DNA of 64,000 nucleotides from the NCBI GenBank assembly GCA_964635655.1, contig CAZWOC010000002.1, forward strand, positions 84,319-148,318, in the 5' to 3' direction. This document shows, one piece after another, positions 1 through 9,176 of this stretch. Below the pieces are notes generated by a model. The model ran no database searches. It was given only the letters and a program-made list of their open reading frames with translations, and was not told where the DNA came from. The position numbers were made by a program, and so were the translations under genes. How positions within the stretch are numbered: the stretch's first letter is position 1; each line of letters begins with the position of its first letter. Source of the DNA: an uncultured Rikenella sp. Its GTDB lineage: Bacteria; Bacteroidota; Bacteroidia; Bacteroidales; VadinHA17.

Positions 1-193
1 GGTACAAATGGCCCTTTTCATATTTATTTACAGGAGTTCCTTTTAGCCATTGACCATATTTTAGTTCGGGAGCCCTGTCGCCAATGTTCAACGTTACAGC
101 AGGCTTATCCTGGGCCCTGGAGCTGATGGATGAAAGCAAAATCAGTGAAAAAGCCACTATAAGATATTTAACTTTTGAAATCATTTTTTTCAT
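1..193 (-). CDS. TlpA-family thiol:disulfide oxidoreductase/redoxin, N-terminal part (runs off window start)
   Basis: Not in ORF track. Manual translation from ATG at 193: MKKMISKVKYLIVAFSLILLSSISSRAQDKPAVTLNIGDRAPELKYGQWLKGTPVNKYEKGHLY. Signal peptide plus the L-x-IGD-x-AP...W-x-KG start typical of TlpA redoxins; the CxxC would lie outside the window. Confidence 0.7.
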   Translation of the reverse strand, partial: MKKMISKVKYLIVAFSLILLSSISSRAQDKPAVTLNIGDRAPELKYGQWLKGTPVNKYEKGHLY

Positions 194-294
194 TTTTTCA
201 ATTTTGGTAATTCATGTATGAACATAAAATCCCTGTTCCCCGGATTCCGGTAGCTAAACATTGGTTATCAATAATCCGGCGAAGGAGAATTGGT

Positions 295-1692
295 TTAACG
301 ATCGTTCTGAACCAACAAGTTGTTGAATTGCATTACTTCGTTAGGGATAAGCAGTTGATAGCGGGGGTCTCCAACCGGCAAAGTATATTCAACCCCCATC
401 ACTGTTCTTGACATAGGTGCTGCAGTTTCCGGGTCGACATTCAGGCGCTTGCGATCAAAAAAGGCCATCTCGGTTAACCTGACTTCCCTGCGGCGCTCGT
501 TTAAAATTTCTTTCAAAAGCAAATCAGGATTAGTTTCTGTGGTTGGCTGGTAAGCTTCGGCCTTAATGCGATTCACCCGGACATAATCCAAAGCTGTAAT
601 TGCTTCCTGTATATCAGGACTTGTCTTCCGCAGGGCCGCCTCTGCTTTGATAAGCCATACTTCCCCGATATTTATCCCTGAGTGATTATGATAATTATAG
701 AACATTTGCAGGACACCGGCCTGTATATATGAGAAGAGCGTATAGCGAAGATCATTTTCCGTATCAGTTATAGCCAGCATTTTGTCAGTATAAACAACCG
801 GGACTGTTTCACTTTTAAACCTCGCAAGTAAAACTTCAGGATTAATGGCTGCAGGTGTCGGGTAACCGACTATCCCTGCTAATGAACCGTAGGCCGGGAT
901 CGCCTGAAAGCATGTATTGTAATCGATCAGGACGCCTTTCAGAGTAAGGGCAGCCGAAGCATCATCATAAGCCTGGTTATAATTCTGCATCCAGAGATGG
1001 ACTCTTGCCCTGAGGGAATACGCAGCTGCGAGGCCGGGAATATTATTGTATTCCGGTACATTAATGTCCAGCAGGGAGATCGCCTGTGTCAGATCGTCAA
1101 GGATCTGTTCATATACCTCAGACACTGTGGAGCGCGGATACTGCTTGTTGATATTTGATTCAAGTACCAATGGGACACCAGGGTCCGATGAAGAAGTGGA
1201 TGAAGGTGATGCATCATATGCTTTCCCATAAAGGTTTACCAGGATGAAATAATTGAGGGCCCGTTGCACCAGGGCACGTCCTTTTACTTCATCACGTTCG
1301 TATGTTACACCATCCTCTGCAAGGTCTATCTGGTCCAGTACATAGTTTGCTATGTAATTGGATTTATACAAACCATTCCATTTCATATCACTGTTTTCCT
1401 CGGGATCAGCCCATTTCATCGAATTGGCCATCAAAGGCACGGAATTATAAATGTAATATGGCTGCGTGGGGTCCTGGGTTATTGTATAATCATCACTCAA
1501 CAGTTCGCAAAACTGGGCTGAATAAGAAATCTCTGTAAAATTGTATGATGATGTGAGTGTTCCAAGGTTCATCAGCTTTGCAAGATCATCAACCGTCTCC
1601 GGAATTGTGTTGCCTTTTGGAATGACATCAACAAAATCATTACATGAGGTGGCTATGCATACAGCAATCAATGCAACTATTATCTTTTTCAT
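295..1692 (-). CDS. RagB/SusD family nutrient-binding lipoprotein
   Basis: Lipobox (IATSCNDF); IWLIKAEA, ILNERRRE and LLIPNEVMQFN SusD-type C-terminal motifs; directly downstream of SusC. Confidence 0.92.
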   Translation of the reverse strand: MKKIIVALIAVCIATSCNDFVDVIPKGNTIPETVDDLAKLMNLGTLTSSYNFTEISYSAQFCELLSDDYTITQDPTQPYYIYNSVPLMANSMKWADPEENSDMKWNGLYKSNYIANYVLDQIDLAEDGVTYERDEVKGRALVQRALNYFILVNLYGKAYDASPSSTSSSDPGVPLVLESNINKQYPRSTVSEVYEQILDDLTQAISLLDINVPEYNNIPGLAAAYSLRARVHLWMQNYNQAYDDASAALTLKGVLIDYNTCFQAIPAYGSLAGIVGYPTPAAINPEVLLARFKSETVPVVYTDKMLAITDTENDLRYTLFSYIQAGVLQMFYNYHNHSGINIGEVWLIKAEAALRKTSPDIQEAITALDYVRVNRIKAEAYQPTTETNPDLLLKEILNERRREVRLTEMAFFDRKRLNVDPETAAPMSRTVMGVEYTLPVGDPRYQLLIPNEVMQFNNLLVQNDR

Positions 1693-1703
1693 TTTGCCTT
1701 TGC

Positions 1704-4700
1704 TTAAAATTTAACATTCAGTGTAAATGCGCCGTACGTCGGCTGGTTCCCCAGATAAGTCGACGAGTAAGATGTGACGAGCCGGTCCGGATCAAGACCT
1801 TCGCTGTTTGCAGCCCAGAACCAGGGATTTTCAACAGAAAATTTCAATGAGAGTGCAGACAGCGCCGTAGTTCTGACAATCCGCTTCAGGTCGTAACCAA
1901 GTCCTATGGATTTGAGTCTTATCAGGTCACCGGCCTCGATCATACGTTCATTATTATTCATAGGAAGGATGTACTGTCCCGATACAGCATAATTTGCGGC
2001 CGGAACCCATGTATTATTCTCATCTCCGGGTTCGCGCCAACGGTTATCAAATGTTTTATAAGGTCTTCTGTCTGTATCAGCATTTGCAATTGAAGGCATC
2101 ATGACCTTATGCCCGAGTTTATATGTGACCAGCATTTCAAGCTCAAACCCTTTATACGAAATCACATTGCTCCAGGCTCCGAAAAATTTCGGTAACGAGC
2201 GACCCATTATGAGAAGGTCTTCCGGCAGGAATGCGGATGTCTCATTATAAAGGTAGATATTTCCTTCTGCATCAAGGACCTGGAGTTGACCTGTTTCACT
2301 CAGGCCACCGTTCCGGTAAGCATAAACATAATCCACCGGTTTCCCCAGGAGCGGGTTCCCTGCAGTAACCATAGCCACAGTTTCCACACCTGCATTGATT
2401 TTAGTCACCTCATTATAGTTAAAGGAGAAAGTAGTTGTGGTAATCCACCTCCAGCTGTTATTGGACACCGGGCTGCCACTTATACTCAAATCCAGACCCC
2501 TGTTAACAATAGATGCAGAGTTCTTCCTGACTGATGCCCAGCCGGTAGTGGGATCCATTACAATATCACCCAGTGCATCACGGGTATTCCGGATATAGAA
2601 ATCAGCTGAGGTATTCAACCGGTTGCCGAACATTGCAAGTTCTATTCCTGAATTGAACGTGTAAACCTTCTCCCAGGCCAGCTCATCATTGGCAGGGTTG
2701 TTTATTACCAGGACAGGAAGTCCCAGAAAAATATCTCTTTCATTTGAGGCTATCAGGTACGGTGAGGTTGATTTGTCAACATTTCCGCTAAGGCCATAAG
2801 AGAGTTTAACCGAGAGCAGGTCGATTTTGGGTATGTTGAAGAAACCTTCCTGTGACGCGTTCCATTTGCCGCCCACTGACCAGGTGGGCTGGTCGCGGTA
2901 CCTGGCTGAACGTCCATACAGGTTGGTTTTGTCATATCGTACGCTGCCAAACAAAGTGTAGCGCTCGGTAAATGACACACTGCTGGTAAGGAATGTCGAA
3001 AAATAGCGGTCTTCGGCATCTGAATGAGATGGATAATATGGCAGTCTTTCCACTCCCAGTGACGAATAACCGGCAACGCCTTCATTAACAAGGTCATAAA
3101 AATTCATTGAAGAATTGAAGTTCATCCCTTGCGGATCATACCCGTAAAATGTGTCGGATTGGGATTTTGTCCTTATTGCAAACAGTTCGGTTCCACCCAA
3201 TGCTGAGAAGCGGAACGACCCCTGATTGTAGGAATAGTCAAGAGTATTTCTAAACGTATAGCTTGAACTGTTACGGTGGATCATATCTTTTACAGCACCT
3301 TCAGACAGATAGTTGATCAGAGTACCACTGTCATAGCCTGTAAACCTGTTGTAAAGATCGCGCACATAATAACTCTCCTGACCGCTGAGAATCTCCTGGG
3401 CTGCATGATCTACTATGTACATTCCGCCGGTTGAGAATTTGAGACCTTTAAACAGGTCTATATCAAGCCGGGCGTTTGCTGCAACGTTATAACTTAGTGT
3501 GTTATTCTCCGTAAGAGGCCTGTCTTTAAGCCTGTTGTAAGTCCAGTCGCCATATCCCTTTGAAACAAGGTCTTCTTTCATCAACTGGGACACGCCATAA
3601 AATTCATTGACAAAATTACCTTCTGCATCCTTTATCCTGACGTATGGAAGTACCTGGGAAGGATCTCCTGTATAGGCATCCCTGGTTCCATAATTGGCCC
3701 GGAAACCTGTTGACAGCTTGAAGCGTTTGTTAAGATCTGAGGTATTATTGAACTGTACTCCGACATTACTACGGTCATTCCCAATAAGGTCTCCGAGTGA
3801 ATTCTCAAAGTTCACAGACAGGTAGTTGGTCATTGTTTCAGAGCCACCTGTTACAACTATGTTATGAGTCTGTAATAATGAATTCCGATAAAAATACTCC
3901 CCGATATTCGCTGTATTGTCATATGAGCCAAGTTGGGCAAATGCAGCTTCACGTCCTGCTTCGTCAATCTCACCATTCTGATATTGGTATTCAATCATTG
4001 CTGCCTCAGAGAAGTACACCGGGGAATCTGTTGCGATATTCGAAATTGAGAGAGGATAGTCAGCGAATTTTTCACGTTCCCAATCGATTTGTTGTGATGT
4101 GTTCAGGTAACCGAGGGAATTCAGGTCAAACCTGGAACCGATTTTGACATTGCCGGTATAAGATACCGTGACCTTTTCGTTCTTGGAGCCTCTTTTTGTG
4201 GTAATTACAATTACCCCATTTGCAGCCCTTACTCCCCAGATAGAAGCTGAGGCGGCATCTTTTAAAACTGTAATCTGCTCAATGTCATTTGGGTTTATAT
4301 TATATGTCCCGTATTCCATAGGGAAACCGTCGACGACCACCAGTGGGTTTGTCTGTGCATAGATCGTGGCCTGCCCCCTGATAAGCATCTCACCGTTGCT
4401 GTTTATTGATAGTCCGGGAACGATACCTTCCAGCTTATTGACAATATCTGTTGATACCACCATGCTTACATCCTTTTGTGTCAACATATCAAAAGAACCG
4501 GTGGCCCGCCCGCTTTCAATGACCTGGTAACCTGTTACAACCACTTCCTCCAAAGCCGAGGTCTGCTCTTTAAGCAAGATAGTGATTGTGCTCCTGCCAT
4601 TTACCGGAACTTCTGTGGTCTGATAACCTATGAATGAAATGACCAGGATTGCATTTTCATCCGGAAGGGTCAATATAAACCTGCCTGTGTTGTCAGTCGC

Positions 4701-5177
4701 AATTCCCTGTAAAGTTCCTTTGACAATTACAGACGCACCTGCTACCGTAACCCCTTTTTCATCTACCACGGTACCGGTCACTTTATGCTTCTGATTGGCC
4801 TTACTGTCCTGATCCTGCCTGGGAGTTATTACGATTAAATTGTTTTCTAAAAGTTTATATGACAAGGCCGTGTTTTCGAGTATTTTCCCGAGCACAGCCT
4901 GAATTGACGCATCTGTCTCATTTACAATGACCTGTTTATTCAAATCAGCAAATTGATCATTGTAGAAGAAGTTGTAGTCGCTTTGCCTTTCAATTTCATG
5001 AAAGACTTCACGAAGCGTGACATCCGTCAGTTGCAGATTTACCTTCTCAGGTTGAGAAAATGCCGGTCTGGCAATCGCAGTAGTTATTCCAATGAACAAC
5101 AGCAGTACGCTCACTTTCATAATTCGAAGGATTTGTTGGCTACCAGAGGATTCAGGTAGATCCGGTTTTTTTTTCAT
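1704..5177 (-). CDS. SusC/RagA TonB-dependent transporter/transducer with N-terminal STN signalling domain
   Basis: STN-like N-terminus (VNLQLTDVTLREVFHEIERQSDYNFFY), CarboxypepD-like domain, plug motif VLKDAASASIWGVRAANGVIVITTK, terminal aromatic residue (LNVKF). Confidence 0.96.
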   Translation of the reverse strand: MKKKPDLPESSGSQQILRIMKVSVLLLFIGITTAIARPAFSQPEKVNLQLTDVTLREVFHEIERQSDYNFFYNDQFADLNKQVIVNETDASIQAVLGKILENTALSYKLLENNLIVITPRQDQDSKANQKHKVTGTVVDEKGVTVAGASVIVKGTLQGIATDNTGRFILTLPDENAILVISFIGYQTTEVPVNGRSTITILLKEQTSALEEVVVTGYQVIESGRATGSFDMLTQKDVSMVVSTDIVNKLEGIVPGLSINSNGEMLIRGQATIYAQTNPLVVVDGFPMEYGTYNINPNDIEQITVLKDAASASIWGVRAANGVIVITTKRGSKNEKVTVSYTGNVKIGSRFDLNSLGYLNTSQQIDWEREKFADYPLSISNIATDSPVYFSEAAMIEYQYQNGEIDEAGREAAFAQLGSYDNTANIGEYFYRNSLLQTHNIVVTGGSETMTNYLSVNFENSLGDLIGNDRSNVGVQFNNTSDLNKRFKLSTGFRANYGTRDAYTGDPSQVLPYVRIKDAEGNFVNEFYGVSQLMKEDLVSKGYGDWTYNRLKDRPLTENNTLSYNVAANARLDIDLFKGLKFSTGGMYIVDHAAQEILSGQESYYVRDLYNRFTGYDSGTLINYLSEGAVKDMIHRNSSSYTFRNTLDYSYNQGSFRFSALGGTELFAIRTKSQSDTFYGYDPQGMNFNSSMNFYDLVNEGVAGYSSLGVERLPYYPSHSDAEDRYFSTFLTSSVSFTERYTLFGSVRYDKTNLYGRSARYRDQPTWSVGGKWNASQEGFFNIPKIDLLSVKLSYGLSGNVDKSTSPYLIASNERDIFLGLPVLVINNPANDELAWEKVYTFNSGIELAMFGNRLNTSADFYIRNTRDALGDIVMDPTTGWASVRKNSASIVNRGLDLSISGSPVSNNSWRWITTTTFSFNYNEVTKINAGVETVAMVTAGNPLLGKPVDYVYAYRNGGLSETGQLQVLDAEGNIYLYNETSAFLPEDLLIMGRSLPKFFGAWSNVISYKGFELEMLVTYKLGHKVMMPSIANADTDRRPYKTFDNRWREPGDENNTWVPAANYAVSGQYILPMNNNERMIEAGDLIRLKSIGLGYDLKRIVRTTALSALSLKFSVENPWFWAANSEGLDPDRLVTSYSSTYLGNQPTYGAFTLNVKF

Positions 5178-5233
5178 AGATTTGAATGTTTTAAGTTAAC
5201 ACCTTAAATCATCCGGGTAATCCGGGTTTATGG

Positions 5234-5268
5234 CCATGGGAGACTCCGCCAAGTCTTCCATGGTTTTT
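5234..5268 (+). terminator. Hairpin with T-tract between fecR and susC, oriented antisense to the operon
   Basis: CCATGGGAGACT-CCGCCA-AGTCTTCCATGG followed by TTTTT on the + strand. Confidence 0.55.
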
Positions 5269-5272
5269 ATCT

Positions 5273-6466
5273 TTAATTCATTACTTTCAGGTATTTATTG
5301 ATTTCCTCCTGATTCTCACCTATAAACACACGGTTCTTGTCGATACTGTATCTTATCGGGGACGTGGCTTCCAGTGCCTTCATCACCTGTTCAAGGCTGT
5401 ATTCCCTGAGAGTGCCGGTGTATTTAAACCCTTTCAACTTCTCACTCATGAACACAATGGAGACATCATACCTCCTCTCAATCTTCTTCGAAAGATTTTC
5501 AAGCGTCTCCCCCTCTATAACAAGTAACCCGTTAATCCATCCTGTACTCTTTTGAGTATCATATGATTCAACCAGCCTCAATGACTGAACCTGTTCAGAC
5601 TGACCTGCAATGACCTGACTGACCACTTCTTTTTCCGTAACCTGAACTTCCTCCTCGGCTTCGGATGGCACCACACCTTTTAAAAGTGTCACCTTCTGAT
5701 TAGGTTTGAGCTTGATCTCCTCGATAACCTCTGAATGATTATCAAGCTTTTCCACAACCATGGAACCCCTTACCAGAGTTGCTTCAACAAGCGGTTCATC
5801 AGAATAGCATTTGAGATTAAATGCTGTTCCCAGAACCCTGATATTGACAGCTTCAGTCTTTACTTCGAAGGGAATGGTTCCTTTTCTGACATCAAAATAT
5901 GCCTCGCCGTCAAGTAAAATCTGCCGGTTATCTCTGCTAAAACCGGCAGAATACTTCAGGGTTGTCTTTGAGTTCAGAATTACCTTTGAGTTGTCCGGGA
6001 GCGTGATCTCAGTTCTCTGCCCCGCAGGAGAATAAATCGAGGTCATTGCATCGTTTCCTGTAGTTCCGGGTCTGAAAAAATAACCGCCAAGTGCCCCGGC
6101 TGCCATGAGGGCAACTGATATCAGGATAGCGGCGATATTCCTGTGATTCATTATAAACCAGCCTCCGGATCTGACCAACTGCAGAGGACGGGCCACTGAT
6201 ATTGCCTTTTGAACCGCTTTCCATGATTCAGTATGATCCCGTGCTCCGGGATGAGACTTTATATCAGACAGTATCCGGACCGTTTTTATCGCCATTTCGA
6301 TCTCCTCACCAAGCAATGGATATTGTTCTCCGATCATTTGCCAGTAAAGATCTAAGTTCCGGTTCTCTCCACGATGTTTGACCCAGGTAACAAAACTTTC
6401 ATCAGCCAGAAAGTCGCCGGCTTTGAACCCGCTGTAATCTTTTCGGAATACTTTATCTAATTCCAT
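5273..6466 (-). CDS. FecR-family anti-sigma factor
   Basis: FLADESFVTW N-terminus, one TM segment, FecR domain (GQRTEITLPDNSKVILNS, LDGEAYFDV, VLGTAFN), C-terminal DUF4974-like region. Confidence 0.94.
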   Translation of the reverse strand: MELDKVFRKDYSGFKAGDFLADESFVTWVKHRGENRNLDLYWQMIGEQYPLLGEEIEMAIKTVRILSDIKSHPGARDHTESWKAVQKAISVARPLQLVRSGGWFIMNHRNIAAILISVALMAAGALGGYFFRPGTTGNDAMTSIYSPAGQRTEITLPDNSKVILNSKTTLKYSAGFSRDNRQILLDGEAYFDVRKGTIPFEVKTEAVNIRVLGTAFNLKCYSDEPLVEATLVRGSMVVEKLDNHSEVIEEIKLKPNQKVTLLKGVVPSEAEEEVQVTEKEVVSQVIAGQSEQVQSLRLVESYDTQKSTGWINGLLVIEGETLENLSKKIERRYDVSIVFMSEKLKGFKYTGTLREYSLEQVMKALEATSPIRYSIDKNRVFIGENQEEINKYLKVMN

Positions 6467-6551
6467 ATATTCTCAGATATTATGATTATACATTAAGCGG
6501 GATTTTTATCCCACGGAGTGGAAAGAATTTTGCCTTTTATTAATCCGTTTT

Positions 6552-7166
6552 TCAGGATAAGGTCAGTGTTTGAAGCCTGAGACCAGAAAGGAATACCCCT
6601 AAAAGCACTGTGCCAAGTCCGTCTTTCATCCGATCCAACGCCCTGTAGATGAGCTTGTAGGTCCCACCAATATTCAGATTCAGGATTTCAGAAATCTCTT
6701 CGTACGACAGGTCTTCATAAAACCGGAGGTAAATTGCCTCACGCTGCCTTGGGGTCAGTGAAGCAAGGGCTTTCTCTATCTTCGATCTTAACTCAGTATC
6801 ACTTTCATTTTCAATCAGTCTCTGATCAGGAGCAAGCTCGATCCTGAAATCATACCTTTCATCATCAAGCCTTTCCAGAACATTGGCAGCCTGCTTTTGC
6901 AACTTACGGAACAGGACGGATCGAAATGCCTTGAACAGATAATGCTTTACACTTTCAGTGGCCTTTAAACTTTTCCTGGTGTTCCAAAGTTTGACAAAAA
7001 GCTCCTGGACTGATTCTTCAATAAGATAACTGTTAAGGGTAAACTTATGCCCATAATTTAAAAGGACAGAATAGTAGATGCCAAAAAGCTCTCCAAGCGC
7101 CTTTTCTTCTCCTGCCCGAAATGCATCCCATAATTCTTGCTCATATGGCTTCCCTCCCCCGTTCAC
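6552..7166 (-). CDS. ECF sigma-70 factor
   Basis: Region 2 (ESVQELFVKLW) and region 4 (LTPRQREAIYLRFYEDLSYEEISEIL); adjacent to fecR; GTG start. Confidence 0.94.
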   Translation of the reverse strand: MNGGGKPYEQELWDAFRAGEEKALGELFGIYYSVLLNYGHKFTLNSYLIEESVQELFVKLWNTRKSLKATESVKHYLFKAFRSVLFRKLQKQAANVLERLDDERYDFRIELAPDQRLIENESDTELRSKIEKALASLTPRQREAIYLRFYEDLSYEEISEILNLNIGGTYKLIYRALDRMKDGLGTVLLGVFLSGLRLQTLTLS

Positions 7167-7587
7167 AAGTCCGAATATTTAACCAAAAGTAAACATAAAT
7201 GGATATTCTGATCATGTCAGACTATTAAAACAATCTGTATTCCTTTCATGAATTAATTGCCATAAAAATAATGATCATTCACCAGAGGGAGTTGTTTAGT
7301 CTGTGCCAGAGCGGTCTGATTACAATTCGCAGTAACTTGACTTTAGAATTATTCCATTGTAACTTGTGGATTAGTTGACTCAAAGTTGCTTATAAATCAA
7401 AAACCTGAACACATGCACAGGAATTCCTTCCGACATGAAGTATACATTGCGGGTGACAACCTGGCAAAAAGGGGATGGAATCAGGATAAATTATTTTCCG
7501 TTTAGTTTAACCGACGAATAGCAGCAATGAAAAAGCATATTAAACCGAATAGGACCAAAAATATTTTGTTTTGTTGTTTTTCAACCT

Positions 7588-7595
7588 TATATTTG
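7588..7595 (+). promoter_or_regulatory. Bacteroidetes sigma-A -7 element for the perR operon
   Basis: TATATTTG matches TAnnTTTG, about 30 nt upstream of the ATG at 7627. Confidence 0.6.
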
Positions 7596-7607
7596 TTCGT
7601 TCTTTAT

Positions 7608-7622
7608 TAAGAATTATTCTTA
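7608..7622. promoter_or_regulatory. Putative PerR/Fur box (7-1-7 palindrome)
   Basis: Perfect TAAGAAT-T-ATTCTTA between the promoter and the perR start codon. Confidence 0.7.
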
Positions 7623-7626
7623 CATA

Positions 7627-8106
7627 ATGAAATTCGAAGATTACAGAATCAGGCTCAGGGATAGCGGTCTGAGGGTGACACCCCAGAGACTCGCTGTATA
7701 TGAGGCGGTGGTTATGCTCCATGACCATCCCACTGCCGAAGAGGTAAGCTATTATATTAGGACTAAACACCCTGAGATTGCCCTGGGTACAGTCTATAAA
7801 ACTCTCGAGACACTGGCTGAAAAGGCAATACTGTACAGGGTCAAGACTGACAGTGGCCTTCTCAGGTATGATGCGGTGGACGACAGACACCATCATATAT
7901 ACTGCACGCACTGTGACCGCATCGAGGACTACTACGACACCGAGTTGACGAAAATACTCTATGACTATTTCGAGAACCACCACATTCCAAATTTCATGGT
8001 AGAGGATATCAAGCTCCAGATTGTCGGGAAATACACCGACAAAAGAGAGACTGTGCTGAAAACAGGAAAACAATCCGGCAAGAGTAACATGATCGGCAAC
8101 AGATGA
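7627..8106 (+). CDS. perR: Fur-family regulator, PerR type
   Basis: LRVTPQR, HPTAEEV, RYD, HHH and CxxCxxxxD. Asp at the position of PerR D104, where Fur has Glu. Heads an oxidative-stress operon. Confidence 0.8.
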   Translation: MKFEDYRIRLRDSGLRVTPQRLAVYEAVVMLHDHPTAEEVSYYIRTKHPEIALGTVYKTLETLAEKAILYRVKTDSGLLRYDAVDDRHHHIYCTHCDRIEDYYDTELTKILYDYFENHHIPNFMVEDIKLQIVGKYTDKRETVLKTGKQSGKSNMIGNR

Positions 8107-8486
8107 TCAGAATGTTACTCATATCAGGCGGCATTGTCTCACTTGCAATGGGTATAACAGGGATTTTCGTCCCCGTGCTTCCCACCACCCCCTTTTTGCT
8201 CCTCTCAACAGGTCTCTTCGTCAAGAGCTCACCCGACCTGTACCGATGGGTGGTAAACGGCAGGATTACATCGGCGTACCTTGCTCCCCGTATGCAGAAG
8301 AGGGCAGGCATCGGGGCAATGATAATCATGTGGAGCATGATTCTGCTCACCATATTTTTCTGGGTCAATAATATCTGGCTCAGGATATTGCTTATAGCAC
8401 TTGGAATAACCGGGACAATCTTCAAGTTCAGATATTTCTTCCGCAACAGCAAAGACTCTCATACAGGCAATAACCAAATCGCGTGA
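8103..8486 (+). CDS. ybaN: YbaN/DUF454 inner membrane protein
   Basis: GIFVPVLPTTPFLLLS signature; ATGA overlap with perR. Confidence 0.88.
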   Translation: MIRMLLISGGIVSLAMGITGIFVPVLPTTPFLLLSTGLFVKSSPDLYRWVVNGRITSAYLAPRMQKRAGIGAMIIMWSMILLTIFFWVNNIWLRILLIALGITGTIFKFRYFFRNSKDSHTGNNQIA

Positions 8487-8488
8487 AT

Positions 8489-8590
8489 ATGAAAAAGAAG
8501 AAGCTTACAACAGCAGCCGGCAGACCATACTGCGAGAACGAAGACAGCATGACCGCAGGCCTCGGCGTAAAGTTTCCCCCGGTAAAATGA
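8489..8590 (+). pseudogene. Catalase (clade 3, KatA-like) deletion remnant, 33 aa
   Basis: Manual translation: MKKKKLTTAAGRPYCENEDSMTAGLGVKFPPVK*. The first 24 aa match the monofunctional catalase N-terminus (K-L-T-T-x-x-G-x-P...N-x-x-S-x-T-A-G-[PRGP]). Confidence 0.78.
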
Positions 8591-8637
8591 CAAAACGTAA
8601 TAACAATAATTATTAACAGTTTAAAATTTAAAGAATT

Positions 8638-9138
8638 ATGGCAGAAATCGGAAGATCAATTGTAAGGATGGATGTTGAGGAACTGCTCACTCTCCTTAAC
8701 AAGGCCCTGGCAGACGAGTGGCTGGCTTATTACCAATACTGGATAGGGGCAAAAGTTGTCAAGGGACCGATGAAAGATGCGGTCATTGCTGAGCTCGAGC
8801 TGCACGCAACGGAGGAGCTGACACATGCACAGCTGCTCGTCGGCCGGATCATTCAGCTCGGAGGAACACCGGTGCTCTCACCCGATGAGTGGAGCAAAAT
8901 CACCAACTGCGGATATGACGCCCCGGAAGACCCCTTCGTATCAGTGGTACTCGACCAGAATATTAAGGGAGAACAGTGCGCAATCAGGGTATATAATAAA
9001 CTCCTGGCCCTGACCAGGGAGACCGACCCCATCACCTACAACATCATCCTTCAGATCCTCACTGACGAGGTCGAGCATGAAGAGGACCTCGTTGCCCTCA
9101 AGGAGGACTTTGATCTTATGATCGAGAGAAGAAAGTAA
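8638..9138 (+). CDS. DPSL / bacterioferritin-related ferritin-like protein
   Basis: ADEWLAYYQYW, EExxHA, RIIQLGG and EVEHEED di-iron ligands; two Cys (ITNCG, EQCAI) as in thioferritin-type DPSL. Confidence 0.85.
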   Translation: MAEIGRSIVRMDVEELLTLLNKALADEWLAYYQYWIGAKVVKGPMKDAVIAELELHATEELTHAQLLVGRIIQLGGTPVLSPDEWSKITNCGYDAPEDPFVSVVLDQNIKGEQCAIRVYNKLLALTRETDPITYNIILQILTDEVEHEEDLVALKEDFDLMIERRK

Positions 9139-9176
9139 ATATTTATTTTTAATAACTAACTATATTTCAATTTATT

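Noticed and set aside
7412-7506. 30-codon ORF (MHRNSFRHEVYIAGDNLAKRGWNQDKLFSV) and possible riboswitch in the 460-bp sigma/perR gap
   Set aside because: No recognisable motif, and no cobalamin, TPP or other riboswitch consensus was seen.
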